Below, in pieces: positions 8,882 to 18,745 of a stretch of DNA of 64,000 nucleotides. Each line of letters starts with the position of its first letter. Position 1 is the stretch's first letter. Under the pieces are notes generated by a model that had not been told where the DNA came from, did not search any database, and saw only the letters and a program-made list of their open reading frames with translations. Made by a program: the position numbers and the translations under genes. Where the stretch lies: contig CBDVDR010000004.1 in the NCBI GenBank assembly GCA_965372795.1, positions 64,001-128,000 of the forward strand. The letters run 5' to 3'. The stretch comes from an uncultured bacterium (lineage in GTDB: Bacteria; Zixibacteria; MSB-5A5; GN15; FEB-12).

Positions 8882-11125
8882 TTAGGATTGTGCGTCAACT
8901 ACGGCGATTGCCGCCATATCAACAATCTCATTCACACCCAAAGTCGCATGTAATACATGAACCGGTTTTGACAGTCCCATCAGAATCGGACCAATAGCTT
9001 CAAGACCACCCATTCGCTGAGCAAGTTTGTAAGCAATATTGCCTGAGTTCAGATCAGGGAAGATAAAGACATTCGGTTCACCGCTTAAATCGGCAAATGG
9101 GTAACGTTTTTTCATATATTCCGGCATTAACGCAGTATCCAATTGCATTTCACCTTCTACTTCAATTTCCGGCTTTTTCTCTTTAATAATGCGAGTTGCC
9201 TCAGCAACTTTATTTGACTCAGGCGACCGAGCCGAACCGAAATTCGAGAAGGATAACATAGCAATCCGAGGTTCAATATGAAATCTCTTGGCTACTTTTG
9301 CCGAGCAAATTGCTATTTCAGCCAGTTCTTCTGCTGTTGGATTAATATTAACCGTCGTATCAGCAAACATGAATACTTTATCTTTCTGAATCATGGCAAA
9401 CATACCGGAAACACGAGACATTCCCTCCGAAAGATCAATTATTTCGAGTGCCGGACGAATTGTGTCAGGGTATGCAGAAGTCACACCGGATAGAACAGCA
9501 TCACAATCACCGCTTTCAAGCATCAAAATGCCAAAATATGTTCTATCTCTAAGAGACCAAATCGCATTTTCAAGTGTCATTCCTCGACGACAGCGTTTTT
9601 TATAATATTTCTTGGCATATTCCTGACGTTTGGGAGAAGTAACCGGATCAACAATCTCAATACCATTCAAATCAATCTCATGCTTGATTGCCACTTCACG
9701 AATATTCTTTTCATTACCAAGTACAACCGGAATAGCAATTTTTTCTTTGAGTACTAATTGGGCGGCTCTTAAAATTCGTGATGAGTTTCCTTCCGGAAAA
9801 ACAACTTTTTTCGGATCACTCTTTGCAATATTAGTAATGACCCGCATAAACGATCTGCCTTCACCAATGCGATTTACTAATTCTTCCCGGTACTCATCCA
9901 TATCTAATTCCCGCTGAGCAACGCCAGTATCCATTGCGGCTTGCGCAACTGCCGAAGCTTCCCAGGTAAGAATTCGTGAATCAAATGGTTTGGGAATAAG
10001 ATATTCCCGTCCAAAACTAAAATGATCTACGCCATACGCACGAGCAACTGCTTCCGGCACTTCTTCTTTGGCAAGATTTGCAAGGGCTTTAACCGCGGCA
10101 TGTTTCATCTCTTCATTGATTGCCGTAGCATGAACATCAAGAGCCCCGCGGAAAATGAACGGAAATCCCAGTACATTATTAACCTGGTTTGGATAATCTG
10201 AACGACCGGTAGCCATAATAACATCTTTGCGAGCATCAACTGCATCTGGATAAGTAATTTCCGGATCCGGATTCGCCATTGCTAAAATAATAGGATCCTT
10301 AGCCATCGACTTCACCATTTTCTTTGACACAAGATCTTTCATAGAAACTCCGACAAAGACATCGGCATCTTTCATCGCATCTTCAAGTGTTTGACAACTC
10401 GTTTTACGAACAAATTCCTGTTTATATTTATTAAAGGTATCTCCGCGCCCTTCATACATGACACCCTTGGAATCTATCATCAGTAAATTCTCATGTTTGA
10501 CCCCAAGACTACAGTAAAGTTTTGCACACGCAATACCGGCAGCACCCGCACCAGAAAAAACAACTCTCAATTTGCTAATATCTTTTTCAACCAGTTCCAG
10601 TGCGTTTAACAAAGCGGCAGCGGAAATAATCGCCGTACCATGTTGATCGTCATGGAAAACCGGAATTTTCATAGTCTTTTTCAATGTCTCTTCAATATAG
10701 AAACATTCCGGTCCCTTGATATCTTCCAGATTAATCCCGCCAAATGTTGGTTCGAGCAACTGGCAGCATTTAATAATTTCGTCCGGGTCTTCGGTGTCTA
10801 ATTCGATATCAAAAACATCAATGTCAGCAAACCTTTTAAATAGAACCCCTTTACCTTCCATCACTGGTTTACCGGCGGCAGCACCAATATTACCCAGTCC
10901 GAGTACGGCTGTTCCATTGGTTACAACTGCTACAAGATTTCCTTTGGCAGTATATTTATAAACATCTGCCGGATTTTTATGAATCTCCATACATGGCACT
11001 GCTACACCCGGAGTATACGCGAGTGATAAATCAAGCTGGGTCTTGCACGGTTTAGTTGGATTAACCTCAACTTTTCCCGGTTTACCTTTGAAATGGTAAT
11101 CAAGAGCCTCTTGTCTGGTAATCAT
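8882..11125 (-). CDS. maeB: NADP-dependent malic enzyme with phosphotransacetylase-like domain
   Basis: [42 protein letters not shown], plus PTA-like C-terminus ([12 protein letters not shown]). Confidence 0.97.
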   Translation of the reverse strand: MITRQEALDYHFKGKPGKVEVNPTKPCKTQLDLSLAYTPGVAVPCMEIHKNPADVYKYTAKGNLVAVVTNGTAVLGLGNIGAAAGKPVMEGKGVLFKRFADIDVFDIELDTEDPDEIIKCCQLLEPTFGGINLEDIKGPECFYIEETLKKTMKIPVFHDDQHGTAIISAAALLNALELVEKDISKLRVVFSGAGAAGIACAKLYCSLGVKHENLLMIDSKGVMYEGRGDTFNKYKQEFVRKTSCQTLEDAMKDADVFVGVSMKDLVSKKMVKSMAKDPIILAMANPDPEITYPDAVDARKDVIMATGRSDYPNQVNNVLGFPFIFRGALDVHATAINEEMKHAAVKALANLAKEEVPEAVARAYGVDHFSFGREYLIPKPFDSRILTWEASAVAQAAMDTGVAQRELDMDEYREELVNRIGEGRSFMRVITNIAKSDPKKVVFPEGNSSRILRAAQLVLKEKIAIPVVLGNEKNIREVAIKHEIDLNGIEIVDPVTSPKRQEYAKKYYKKRCRRGMTLENAIWSLRDRTYFGILMLESGDCDAVLSGVTSAYPDTIRPALEIIDLSEGMSRVSGMFAMIQKDKVFMFADTTVNINPTAEELAEIAICSAKVAKRFHIEPRIAMLSFSNFGSARSPESNKVAEATRIIKEKKPEIEVEGEMQLDTALMPEYMKKRYPFADLSGEPNVFIFPDLNSGNIAYKLAQRMGGLEAIGPILMGLSKPVHVLHATLGVNEIVDMAAIAVVDAQS

Positions 11126-11475
11126 TGAAAAAACTCCCGAAGCTTTTGCTTCTTATTTAATCAAATTTTATTGTCGACCTGAGCTGGAAAATATGTTTAT
11201 CCAGCCTCGCTGGTTATTTTTTTCACAAGCTCCATATATAAATACTTTGTCATAATAGTCAAGTCTATAAAGTAAATATTATGAAAAGTTTTCCTATAAA
11301 ACAACAAAAAGACTCCTAATTGACTTGTGTAATTTAAACGAATCTAATCATAAATATCATGACTCAAATTTTATGGATAATCAATTCAGAATTATATAAT
11401 TATTGATCTTTCATCTTCAAAATGATTTATTAATTCATATTCAATTTGATTCAATTTAAATGAACAGGAATAATC

Positions 11476-11892
11476 ATGGTTATCGAATATACTGATTCAA
11501 CTGAAGAAATCTCAGCCGGCATGTTGAATGGTTTCTTTGTCGGATGGCCTAATCCTCCATCTAATGAAACTTTCTTAAAAATACTCAAAAATAGCAGCCA
11601 TATTGAAATAGCTGTGGATAAAAACACCGGCAATGTTGTTGGATTTATTAATGCAATTTCTGATGGCGTGTTATCAGCATATATTCCATTATTGGAAGTT
11701 TTACCGAAATATCAAAATAACGGAATAGCTACAAAAATTATCGAAAGGTTATTTAATCGGTTAACAGATTTTTATATGATTGATTTAACCTGCGATGTAG
11801 ATATGAATCCATTCTACGAAAAATTTGGACTTAAAAAAATGAATGGGATGTTTATTAGAAACTTCGATTTTCAAAGTGGTAGAAAAGAGTAA
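11476..11892 (+). CDS. GNAT family N-acetyltransferase
   Basis: LLEVLPKYQNNGIA (motif A), PFYEKFG. Confidence 0.9.
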   Translation: MVIEYTDSTEEISAGMLNGFFVGWPNPPSNETFLKILKNSSHIEIAVDKNTGNVVGFINAISDGVLSAYIPLLEVLPKYQNNGIATKIIERLFNRLTDFYMIDLTCDVDMNPFYEKFGLKKMNGMFIRNFDFQSGRKE

Positions 11893-12894
11893 TTATTTAA
11901 AAGTTGTAAAATCCATATCAATAAATTGGACATTATTTTCAATCTTTTCTCTTCGACCGTCCATTAGTCGACGACACCAGTCATTTGGTTCAAGGTCACC
12001 TTCTGAGTATAATATAATATATAATTCTATCTCACGAAGTTTCAAAAAAAGCGGGATATGTTCTAACCAGCTTTTATCTAAAATATTCTCTCTGTTATAT
12101 CCTTCCATAAAATATTTCATATATCTTTTGACAAATTCAATATTGTCGTAACCGATATTTTTGTCTGCAAGGGAATAAAACAACGGGATTGTTATATCAT
12201 AAATAAACCACTCGTAATGGGAGTCGTCAGTATCAAATACAACCATTTCATCTGAATTATTGATAAAGAAATTTCCGTGATGGAGATCACTGTGGATTAG
12301 TCCGTAAGAGTCTTCATTTATCGGAAGGCTGGCAAGCTGTTTTTGAATGTTCTGACACTGTTGCAAAACTTTGACTTGATCTCCCGGCAAATATTCATCA
12401 ACATATTTTGAAATTTCATCCGACCAATGATGTCGTGACCATTCGGCTTTGGTTGGCTTATAGGATTTAGTCGCATTATGCATCCTCCCGGTGACTTCAC
12501 CCCATTTTATTAACAGCTCATCAGTGCAATTTCCCATTGATATATGCTTGCCGTCTATTTTTTCAAAAGCATAGACGAAGAAAGAACTGCCTTCAATCTT
12601 AATTTCTTCTACGAGTTTTTTTTCTGTTGAATAAATAGGAGAAGCAATCGAAACATTGTTTTTGTGAAGATGTTCCACCCAGTCAAGTTCGCCATAAATA
12701 GCTTCGGCACTGCGATGAAGATCATGGGTTATTTTCATAATAAAATTGTCAGATCCATTCTGACAATCGAATACAACACTTTCAAAAGACCCAAGTCGTT
12801 TCAAGGCTGTTTCTTTGACGCCAAAATAAGCTGCGGCTTGTTTTTGAATTATCTGTTCATTGGATTTATAAATTTTAGAGCTGAGTGGGTCCAA
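11893..12894 (-). CDS. APH/choline-kinase-fold phosphotransferase (YerI/AmiN-like small-molecule kinase)
   Basis: GLIHSDLHHGNFF (HxDxxxxN), VFDTDDS metal-binding segment. Confidence 0.85.
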   Translation of the reverse strand: MDPLSSKIYKSNEQIIQKQAAAYFGVKETALKRLGSFESVVFDCQNGSDNFIMKITHDLHRSAEAIYGELDWVEHLHKNNVSIASPIYSTEKKLVEEIKIEGSSFFVYAFEKIDGKHISMGNCTDELLIKWGEVTGRMHNATKSYKPTKAEWSRHHWSDEISKYVDEYLPGDQVKVLQQCQNIQKQLASLPINEDSYGLIHSDLHHGNFFINNSDEMVVFDTDDSHYEWFIYDITIPLFYSLADKNIGYDNIEFVKRYMKYFMEGYNRENILDKSWLEHIPLFLKLREIELYIILYSEGDLEPNDWCRRLMDGRREKIENNVQFIDMDFTTFK

Positions 12895-12897
12895 TGC

Positions 12898-13326
12898 TTA
12901 TTTCCTTAGTTGCTTGATACCACAATTATTCCCACATGATTTGATTTCATCTGTTAACGCATCTATTTTAATTACAGCTGTCAATATCATCGCCTTGGGA
13001 CCATACTTTATAGAATCGACTGTACAAAAATCCGTTTTTCCGCCAGCCTCTTTCCCAAGCAAAATAGCAATTCCACTCCGCACCGCAAGAAAACTTTTTA
13101 ACATAAGATACTCGGTAATCTCATCATCTACCTGATTTTCCTGAAGGAAGGTATCGGGCGCCAGACTCAACAGTTCGTCGGCTGTAAATTTTTTTAGCCA
13201 ATCCAGGATCAACCCCTTCTCGCCAACATCCCCGCCACAGGATTTCTTAATCAGCTGATAGTTGATAATCCGATTATCATGATCGAGTTTTATTTTCAAT
13301 AGTTCAGTTATATCGTTACAGGGCAT
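12898..13326 (-). CDS. Cys-containing hypothetical protein, IscU/NifU-N-like fold suspected
   Basis: PCND...IKLD...KSCGG...DWLKKFTADE pattern; further Cys in FCTVD and SCGNNCG; SD GGAAAGGA. Confidence 0.6.
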   Translation of the reverse strand: MPCNDITELLKIKLDHDNRIINYQLIKKSCGGDVGEKGLILDWLKKFTADELLSLAPDTFLQENQVDDEITEYLMLKSFLAVRSGIAILLGKEAGGKTDFCTVDSIKYGPKAMILTAVIKIDALTDEIKSCGNNCGIKQLRK

Positions 13327-13364
13327 ATAATCCTTTCCTAATAATAATAAACAGGTTACACCTG

Positions 13365-14084
13365 TTAGTGCCAGGTTACTCTGTAAATACGCTGTCCATC
13401 GGTAGCAGTTGGTCCTCTTCCACGAAACTTAATTAAAATTTTCAACAGTCCCCACCCGAAAATAAATCCGCCGACATGTGCCATCCAGGCGACTCCCCCG
13501 CCGGTCGATGAATCGACAAGGGCCATAAAAAATTGGTATATAAACCAGAAACCCAATACTATTTTTGCCGGCAAGGCTATAAATTGAATGAAGAAGAAAA
13601 TTATCAGCACCGTTACTTTTGCTTTGGGATATAATACCATATAGGCACCCATAACCCCTGCTATGGCACCCGATGCGCCTACCAGAGGAATCTGGGTAGA
13701 AGCACCAAACAAACTGTAAACAGCTATCGCAGATAGACCTGAAAGAATATAAAAAAGTAAAAACCTTACTTTACCAAAATAATCTTCAACATTATTTCCA
13801 TAAATCCATAAAAAGAGCATATTACCGATAAGATGCATCCACCCGCCATGCATAAACATCGAAGTAAACATTGTCAAATAAGGAGAAGCAGCCAGTCCCG
13901 GGGTCAATTCAACTGAATTCCATAATTCATAAGGGATAAACCCATATTGATAGGTTATCAGATGGAATCCCTGTTGTCCAAACATAACCGAGATGAGAAA
14001 TACAAGACTGTTAATCACAATCAAGGTAATTGTGAACACCGGTTTGTTAACTGTTGGAACATCATCTCTTATCGGGATGAACAA
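13365..14084 (-). CDS. Rhomboid intramembrane serine protease
   Basis: HGGWMHLIGNMLFL, GASGAI catalytic Ser, AHVGGF catalytic His. Confidence 0.95.
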   Translation of the reverse strand: MFIPIRDDVPTVNKPVFTITLIVINSLVFLISVMFGQQGFHLITYQYGFIPYELWNSVELTPGLAASPYLTMFTSMFMHGGWMHLIGNMLFLWIYGNNVEDYFGKVRFLLFYILSGLSAIAVYSLFGASTQIPLVGASGAIAGVMGAYMVLYPKAKVTVLIIFFFIQFIALPAKIVLGFWFIYQFFMALVDSSTGGGVAWMAHVGGFIFGWGLLKILIKFRGRGPTATDGQRIYRVTWH

Positions 14085-14096
14085 ATTTGACTCCTG

Positions 14097-16406
14097 TTAT
14101 TTTCTCTTAAAACTTTTCTTTCCTTTTTTAACGGTAAAAGTCATATATTGTTCGCCGATATTTCCAGCTTTATCGGTAATGATAATCCCCAGATGATGTT
14201 TGCCATATGATAATGACTCAAGCAGTTCCACCTTGCATAAATCGCTTTCAGGGTCATATTCAACGATCTGCCATTTACTATCAAGTTTTACTGTTATATC
14301 AAGATCATCGTCGATGCCTGATAACAAATCAACCAACGAAAATATAATCGGGCGGCTCACATTCTGATAGGTTCTACCGCTCAAATAATTAGCTTTCGAA
14401 ATTACCGGGGGATCGTAATCGGTAATGGCTGCAAAATATCCTCCACCGGTTGACTTTGCTGTCAAAACTTGATTATCAAATTCGGTATCAAGCCAAATCC
14501 ATTTATCCTTTTTAATATCCAGCCAGCAAATTCCAGTATATGCGTTCCACTTGCCTGTACCACGAAGTTTACAAACAATTTCAAAATTTTCTTTACAAAT
14601 AAACGCGTCCGGTAAAATTTGAAGAACTTTCGAAGCCATGTATCTGGTAGTATTCCCTGATAGCATTTTTTCTTTTATCTCAATAAATCTTGGTTTGTGA
14701 AAATATTCTTTCCCAAATTTAAGACTGAACATATTATTAATAACTATTTCTTCAACATCATCATAACCAATCGCAAAAATTCGTACTGAATCAATAGCTG
14801 AAATTAGGAATGATGTATCTTTTGAAAGGCTTACCCCTATCTGATCGATCATTTTATATTCAGGTTTAGGCGGAATAAACGCGTAATGAGTTATCATGGT
14901 ATGAAACTGGGGGTATTCCGTACCCAACAGTTTCCCTTGATAGTATAATTCAATTCGGGAGGTACACCCGGTGCGGACTTTCCCTTTAATCTGTACGATT
15001 ATGCCATCATCAACTACCTTATGTTCAAATTTAACATACGGTTTGCCTTTGAGATGAATTCCATTAAAAATATTATCTTTGATTACCCCATTTTTCCCGG
15101 AATAAGCAACCAGCCTGATAACACTTTTATCTATAGCATAGCCTTCAACTTGACAGACAACTCTGCCGGTTTCATCAACAGTTATTACACCTTTGGATAA
15201 TCGACCCCAGACATTGCCCCGGTTTAAAAAAGGAACAATAGAATCGATTGCAAAAGCTTCATAATTTTCTATCGGTGTAAAAAAGAATGAATGATATTTC
15301 AATTCAACTGTAGTGGTCGAATCCAGAGTATAAATATACTCCTGTGGTCCCCAGAGAAAATCAAATTCCAACGATGAACTATTGTTGGAAGCATCAGTAG
15401 CTTTAATTTTCACCCTGTGTTTGCCTAAGGACAATAGATTATTTCCAATGATCCCTTTAAAACCATTGACCCCATTACTGCCTTTATAAAAATTTCCTTT
15501 TTTTAAGTATAAAGCTCGAACATGATCCTCTTTTTCCACAGCTTGTTTGTACTCATAAACCGATTCCACTGATCTCGTATTTTTAAAATCAAGGGAATCA
15601 AATTTGACTTCATAATAAAGTTCATCATCAACATAAACTTGAAATTTATAAACGGTTTGTTTCATTCCATCCGGGCGCATCATATCAAAACAGTCAGTCA
15701 TTAACCCGAAAGGTCTGTTAAAATACAATAAAGTATCAATAATATATCGCTTGCTTTGGGATGATTTGGAAACATCAAAGATAATTTCTCTTTCACCGTT
15801 ATCGAACAGTGAATAATCATCGGTCTGTTTGAAGAAAATTCTTTCAAAAATTGGAGGAGTATTATCTTTTACTTTAAAACCATGTGTTAGCGGATTGAGG
15901 GGGACATTTTCCGGACTTCGTTTTTCAAAATGTAAATGAGGAGCACCTATGCCGGTTGAACCTGAATATGCAATTATTTCGCCCCGATTAAAACGGATCG
16001 AATCTTTTGGCAGATATACATCCTGATAATATCGTTTATCCGCAATTTGAGCATCAGTAACAAATGAGGCTATTTTATCATGAAATTTTGATAAATGATA
16101 AAAAACATAGATAAAGCCATCATCTCCCATAAGATATAAAGCTTTGCCAGAACCATAATAAGACATTTTAACCCGATATAGATACCCATTAACCGGCGCA
16201 TGAACCCCAACCCCGATTTTACCCCCGGTTCTTAAATCAACTCCGGTATGAAAGTGTCCTTGACGAAACTCTCCAAAACCATCAGAAAAATCAATATTTG
16301 TATTAACCGGCCATTTTTGACTTTCTGCAGCAACAAGTGTAACTCCAACTGCAATACTAATTAAGCAAAATAATGCACATCTAATAAATCGAATCATATA
16401 AAACAC
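14097..16406 (-). CDS. Secreted M23 family metallopeptidase with long C-terminal beta-rich region
   Basis: HFHTGVD (HxxxD), PHLHFE (HxH), signal peptide. Confidence 0.88.
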   Translation of the reverse strand: MFYMIRFIRCALFCLISIAVGVTLVAAESQKWPVNTNIDFSDGFGEFRQGHFHTGVDLRTGGKIGVGVHAPVNGYLYRVKMSYYGSGKALYLMGDDGFIYVFYHLSKFHDKIASFVTDAQIADKRYYQDVYLPKDSIRFNRGEIIAYSGSTGIGAPHLHFEKRSPENVPLNPLTHGFKVKDNTPPIFERIFFKQTDDYSLFDNGEREIIFDVSKSSQSKRYIIDTLLYFNRPFGLMTDCFDMMRPDGMKQTVYKFQVYVDDELYYEVKFDSLDFKNTRSVESVYEYKQAVEKEDHVRALYLKKGNFYKGSNGVNGFKGIIGNNLLSLGKHRVKIKATDASNNSSSLEFDFLWGPQEYIYTLDSTTTVELKYHSFFFTPIENYEAFAIDSIVPFLNRGNVWGRLSKGVITVDETGRVVCQVEGYAIDKSVIRLVAYSGKNGVIKDNIFNGIHLKGKPYVKFEHKVVDDGIIVQIKGKVRTGCTSRIELYYQGKLLGTEYPQFHTMITHYAFIPPKPEYKMIDQIGVSLSKDTSFLISAIDSVRIFAIGYDDVEEIVINNMFSLKFGKEYFHKPRFIEIKEKMLSGNTTRYMASKVLQILPDAFICKENFEIVCKLRGTGKWNAYTGICWLDIKKDKWIWLDTEFDNQVLTAKSTGGGYFAAITDYDPPVISKANYLSGRTYQNVSRPIIFSLVDLLSGIDDDLDITVKLDSKWQIVEYDPESDLCKVELLESLSYGKHHLGIIITDKAGNIGEQYMTFTVKKGKKSFKRK

Positions 16407-16575
16407 CTTATTTATAAGCTTTAACGAACTAATTAATTTTTCGACTCAAAAACAATAATATGTGTATAATTTTTGCTTATACATATTGCAATATCGGGTA
16501 TTTGGATTATATTCCAAAGCTATATTAGTTTTTAATAAGATTATTTAATTATTAGTAATAAAAGGAGTTATGTAA

Positions 16576-18399
16576 ATGTTCAATGCCTTACGAAAGATGA
16601 TTTTGCCGATTATCGTAATTGTGTTATTCTTTTTTGTCGGTATGATTATTCTCCAATGGGGTTTAGGGATGTCAAATCGACAATCATTTGTCGATCAAAA
16701 CCTGGCTGCCATTATTAACGGAGAAGAAATTAGCTGGCAACAATATAATCGTATTTTTGATAATTTGGTTCAAATCGAATATCAGAAAAACCCCGAGGCT
16801 GAGCTTTCAGACTCCCGCCGAGTTGCTTTGCAAAACGATGCCTGGAATCAACTTTTGCATGACCGTCTTATTATGCAGGAAGTTGCCAAAAGGAATATGA
16901 CTGTTACTGATGAAGAAATTTACGCTTACCTTCGTATGACCCCTCCTCCTGAACTTCAGCAAATGACAGATTTTCAGACCAATGGACAATTCGATTATCA
17001 AAAATATGTAAATACAATGGCAAACCCTCAAGCAGCTTCATTTTGGGCAAACGTCGAAAAAGCTGTTTTTAATGACATAATGAAATTAAAATTACAGGAA
17101 ATGATTATTCAGAATGCTCATATTACTGAAGAAGAAGTCAAATCCAGATTTATGTATACCGAGGAAAAAGTCAAAGTAGGTATGATCAACATTGATTATG
17201 CACGATTCTCAAGTCCTCCGCCAAAAAGCACTGATGAAGAATTAAAAGCTTATTTTGATGAAAATAAAGATAAGTACACAGTGGATGAAAAAGCATCGCT
17301 ATTAATTGCGATGTTGGAAAAAGAACCATCAGAGCTGGATCAACAAAGAATTTCAAATAAAATCAATTCCATATATGATTCCCTTGTTGACGGATCAGAT
17401 TTTGCTGAAATGGCGACCAGATACTCAGAGGACGTTACCGGTGAAAAAGGTGGAGATCTGGGTTGGTTTAATCAGGGACAGATGGTACCGGAATTTGATG
17501 AAATAGTATTCAGCTTGAAAAAAGGTGAGCTGTCTAAACCGGTTAAAACTCAGTTTGGCTGGCATATCATTATAAAACATGATGAGAAAACTGAAGATAA
17601 AACCCAAAAGGCTCATGCTTCTCATATTCTTTTAAAAGTACAATTATCTCAAGAATCATCGGATGTATTATATGATGAGATTTTTGAATTTAGAGAACTT
17701 GCTGTAAATTCAGGATTTGAACAAGCTATTCAAGAACTAGACTTCCCGGTGAAACAAACCGAGTTATTCCAAGCCAGAAGAGAAGTTCCATTTCTTGGTA
17801 GACATCAGGGTGCAAGCCAGTTTGCCTTTGAAAAAGAAGTAGGTGAATTCTCTGGTATTTTGGAAAGTAACTCAGCTTATTTTATTATTAAAGTTACCGA
17901 ACGCATACCGAGTGGATTGGCTTCTTTTGATGAATCAAAACAAAAAGTAATTTTTGATATTTTAAATTACAAAGTTTCTAATATTTGTCGTGATACAGCA
18001 GCCGCAATTTATAGTGACATCTTAAACGGCAGTTCTATTAAAGATGCAGCCAAAAATCATGGCGAAGAATACACCGTTTCTGATCCTTTTGATCGCGGCA
18101 GCTTTGTTAAAGAACTTAGGAGAGACCCAAATGCTATGGGAGCCGCATTCTCTATGGATGAAGTCGGTCAACACTCTGTTCCGGTTGATTATGATCAAGG
18201 TACTGTAATTTTTGAACTGCTTGAAAGAACCGCACCGGAATTGGAAGAATATACAGCCAAACATGATTCTATTTATAATGCTCTTCTTGTTTCAAAACAG
18301 AGAGAACTCTACGGCAGATGGTTTGAATTACTTTTGAAAAATTCCGAAGTTGAAAACAACATTCCTTCCGTTCTTTCAAAAGCCGATGATTATTTATAA
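16576..18399 (+). CDS. PpiD/SurA-like membrane-anchored parvulin PPIase chaperone
   Basis: N-terminal TM anchor, SurA_N-like region, FAEMATRYSED..GGDLGWF..MVPEF..VKTQFGWHII. Confidence 0.9.
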   Translation: MFNALRKMILPIIVIVLFFFVGMIILQWGLGMSNRQSFVDQNLAAIINGEEISWQQYNRIFDNLVQIEYQKNPEAELSDSRRVALQNDAWNQLLHDRLIMQEVAKRNMTVTDEEIYAYLRMTPPPELQQMTDFQTNGQFDYQKYVNTMANPQAASFWANVEKAVFNDIMKLKLQEMIIQNAHITEEEVKSRFMYTEEKVKVGMINIDYARFSSPPPKSTDEELKAYFDENKDKYTVDEKASLLIAMLEKEPSELDQQRISNKINSIYDSLVDGSDFAEMATRYSEDVTGEKGGDLGWFNQGQMVPEFDEIVFSLKKGELSKPVKTQFGWHIIIKHDEKTEDKTQKAHASHILLKVQLSQESSDVLYDEIFEFRELAVNSGFEQAIQELDFPVKQTELFQARREVPFLGRHQGASQFAFEKEVGEFSGILESNSAYFIIKVTERIPSGLASFDESKQKVIFDILNYKVSNICRDTAAAIYSDILNGSSIKDAAKNHGEEYTVSDPFDRGSFVKELRRDPNAMGAAFSMDEVGQHSVPVDYDQGTVIFELLERTAPELEEYTAKHDSIYNALLVSKQRELYGRWFELLLKNSEVENNIPSVLSKADDYL

Positions 18400-18415
18400 T
18401 AATTAAGTAGACTTC

Positions 18416-18673
18416 TTAAAGGCTCCCTGATTTTATGGGAGCCTTTTTTATTACCATGATTAATCTTGCCAATGCGGCGGCAGCCCAGACAAATTCCAAA
18501 ACTATAAATGGAATAATCCCATCTAACACAGCATAGTAGCCTGCCAACAAGGCACCAATAATATTCATTGTAAGATACATCGGACTAAGCTCTGTTAGTT
18601 TCCCAATTATATTTAATGCAAAGGCCGTCAGGAGGATTAAAACTCCAAAAGACCCAATCCATAACGGATTCAT
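18416..18673 (-). CDS. Small membrane protein (CBU_0592-like)
   Basis: IGSFGVLILLTAF, YLTMNIIGA, PFIVLEFVW; three TM helices. Confidence 0.75.
   Translation of the reverse strand: MNPLWIGSFGVLILLTAFALNIIGKLTELSPMYLTMNIIGALLAGYYAVLDGIIPFIVLEFVWAAAALARLIMVIKKAPIKSGSL
18418..18449 (+). terminator. Terminator after the PPIase gene, overlapping the 3' end of the convergent gene
   Basis: AAAGGCTCCC-N8-GGGAGCCTTTTTT. Confidence 0.8.
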
Positions 18674-18690
18674 AAATTATCCCTTTCAAT

Positions 18691-18724
18691 AAAAAAAGCC
18701 TTCCAAATTGATATCGGAAGGCTT
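18691..18724 (-). terminator. Terminator after ETF-QO
   Basis: AAAAAAAGCCTTCC-N-GGAAGGCTT. Confidence 0.75.
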
Positions 18725-18745
18725 CTCATAATAATTATCATGCGA

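Noticed and set aside
11476..12894. GNAT + APH-fold kinase as an antibiotic-resistance island
   Set aside because: Convergent genes from very broad families with no mobility signal; substrate cannot be inferred from sequence.
16491..16517. CCCGATAT as a sigma28 -10 for the M23 gene
   Set aside because: No TAAA/TCAA-like -35 at 15-nt spacing, so it was not counted in the regulon.
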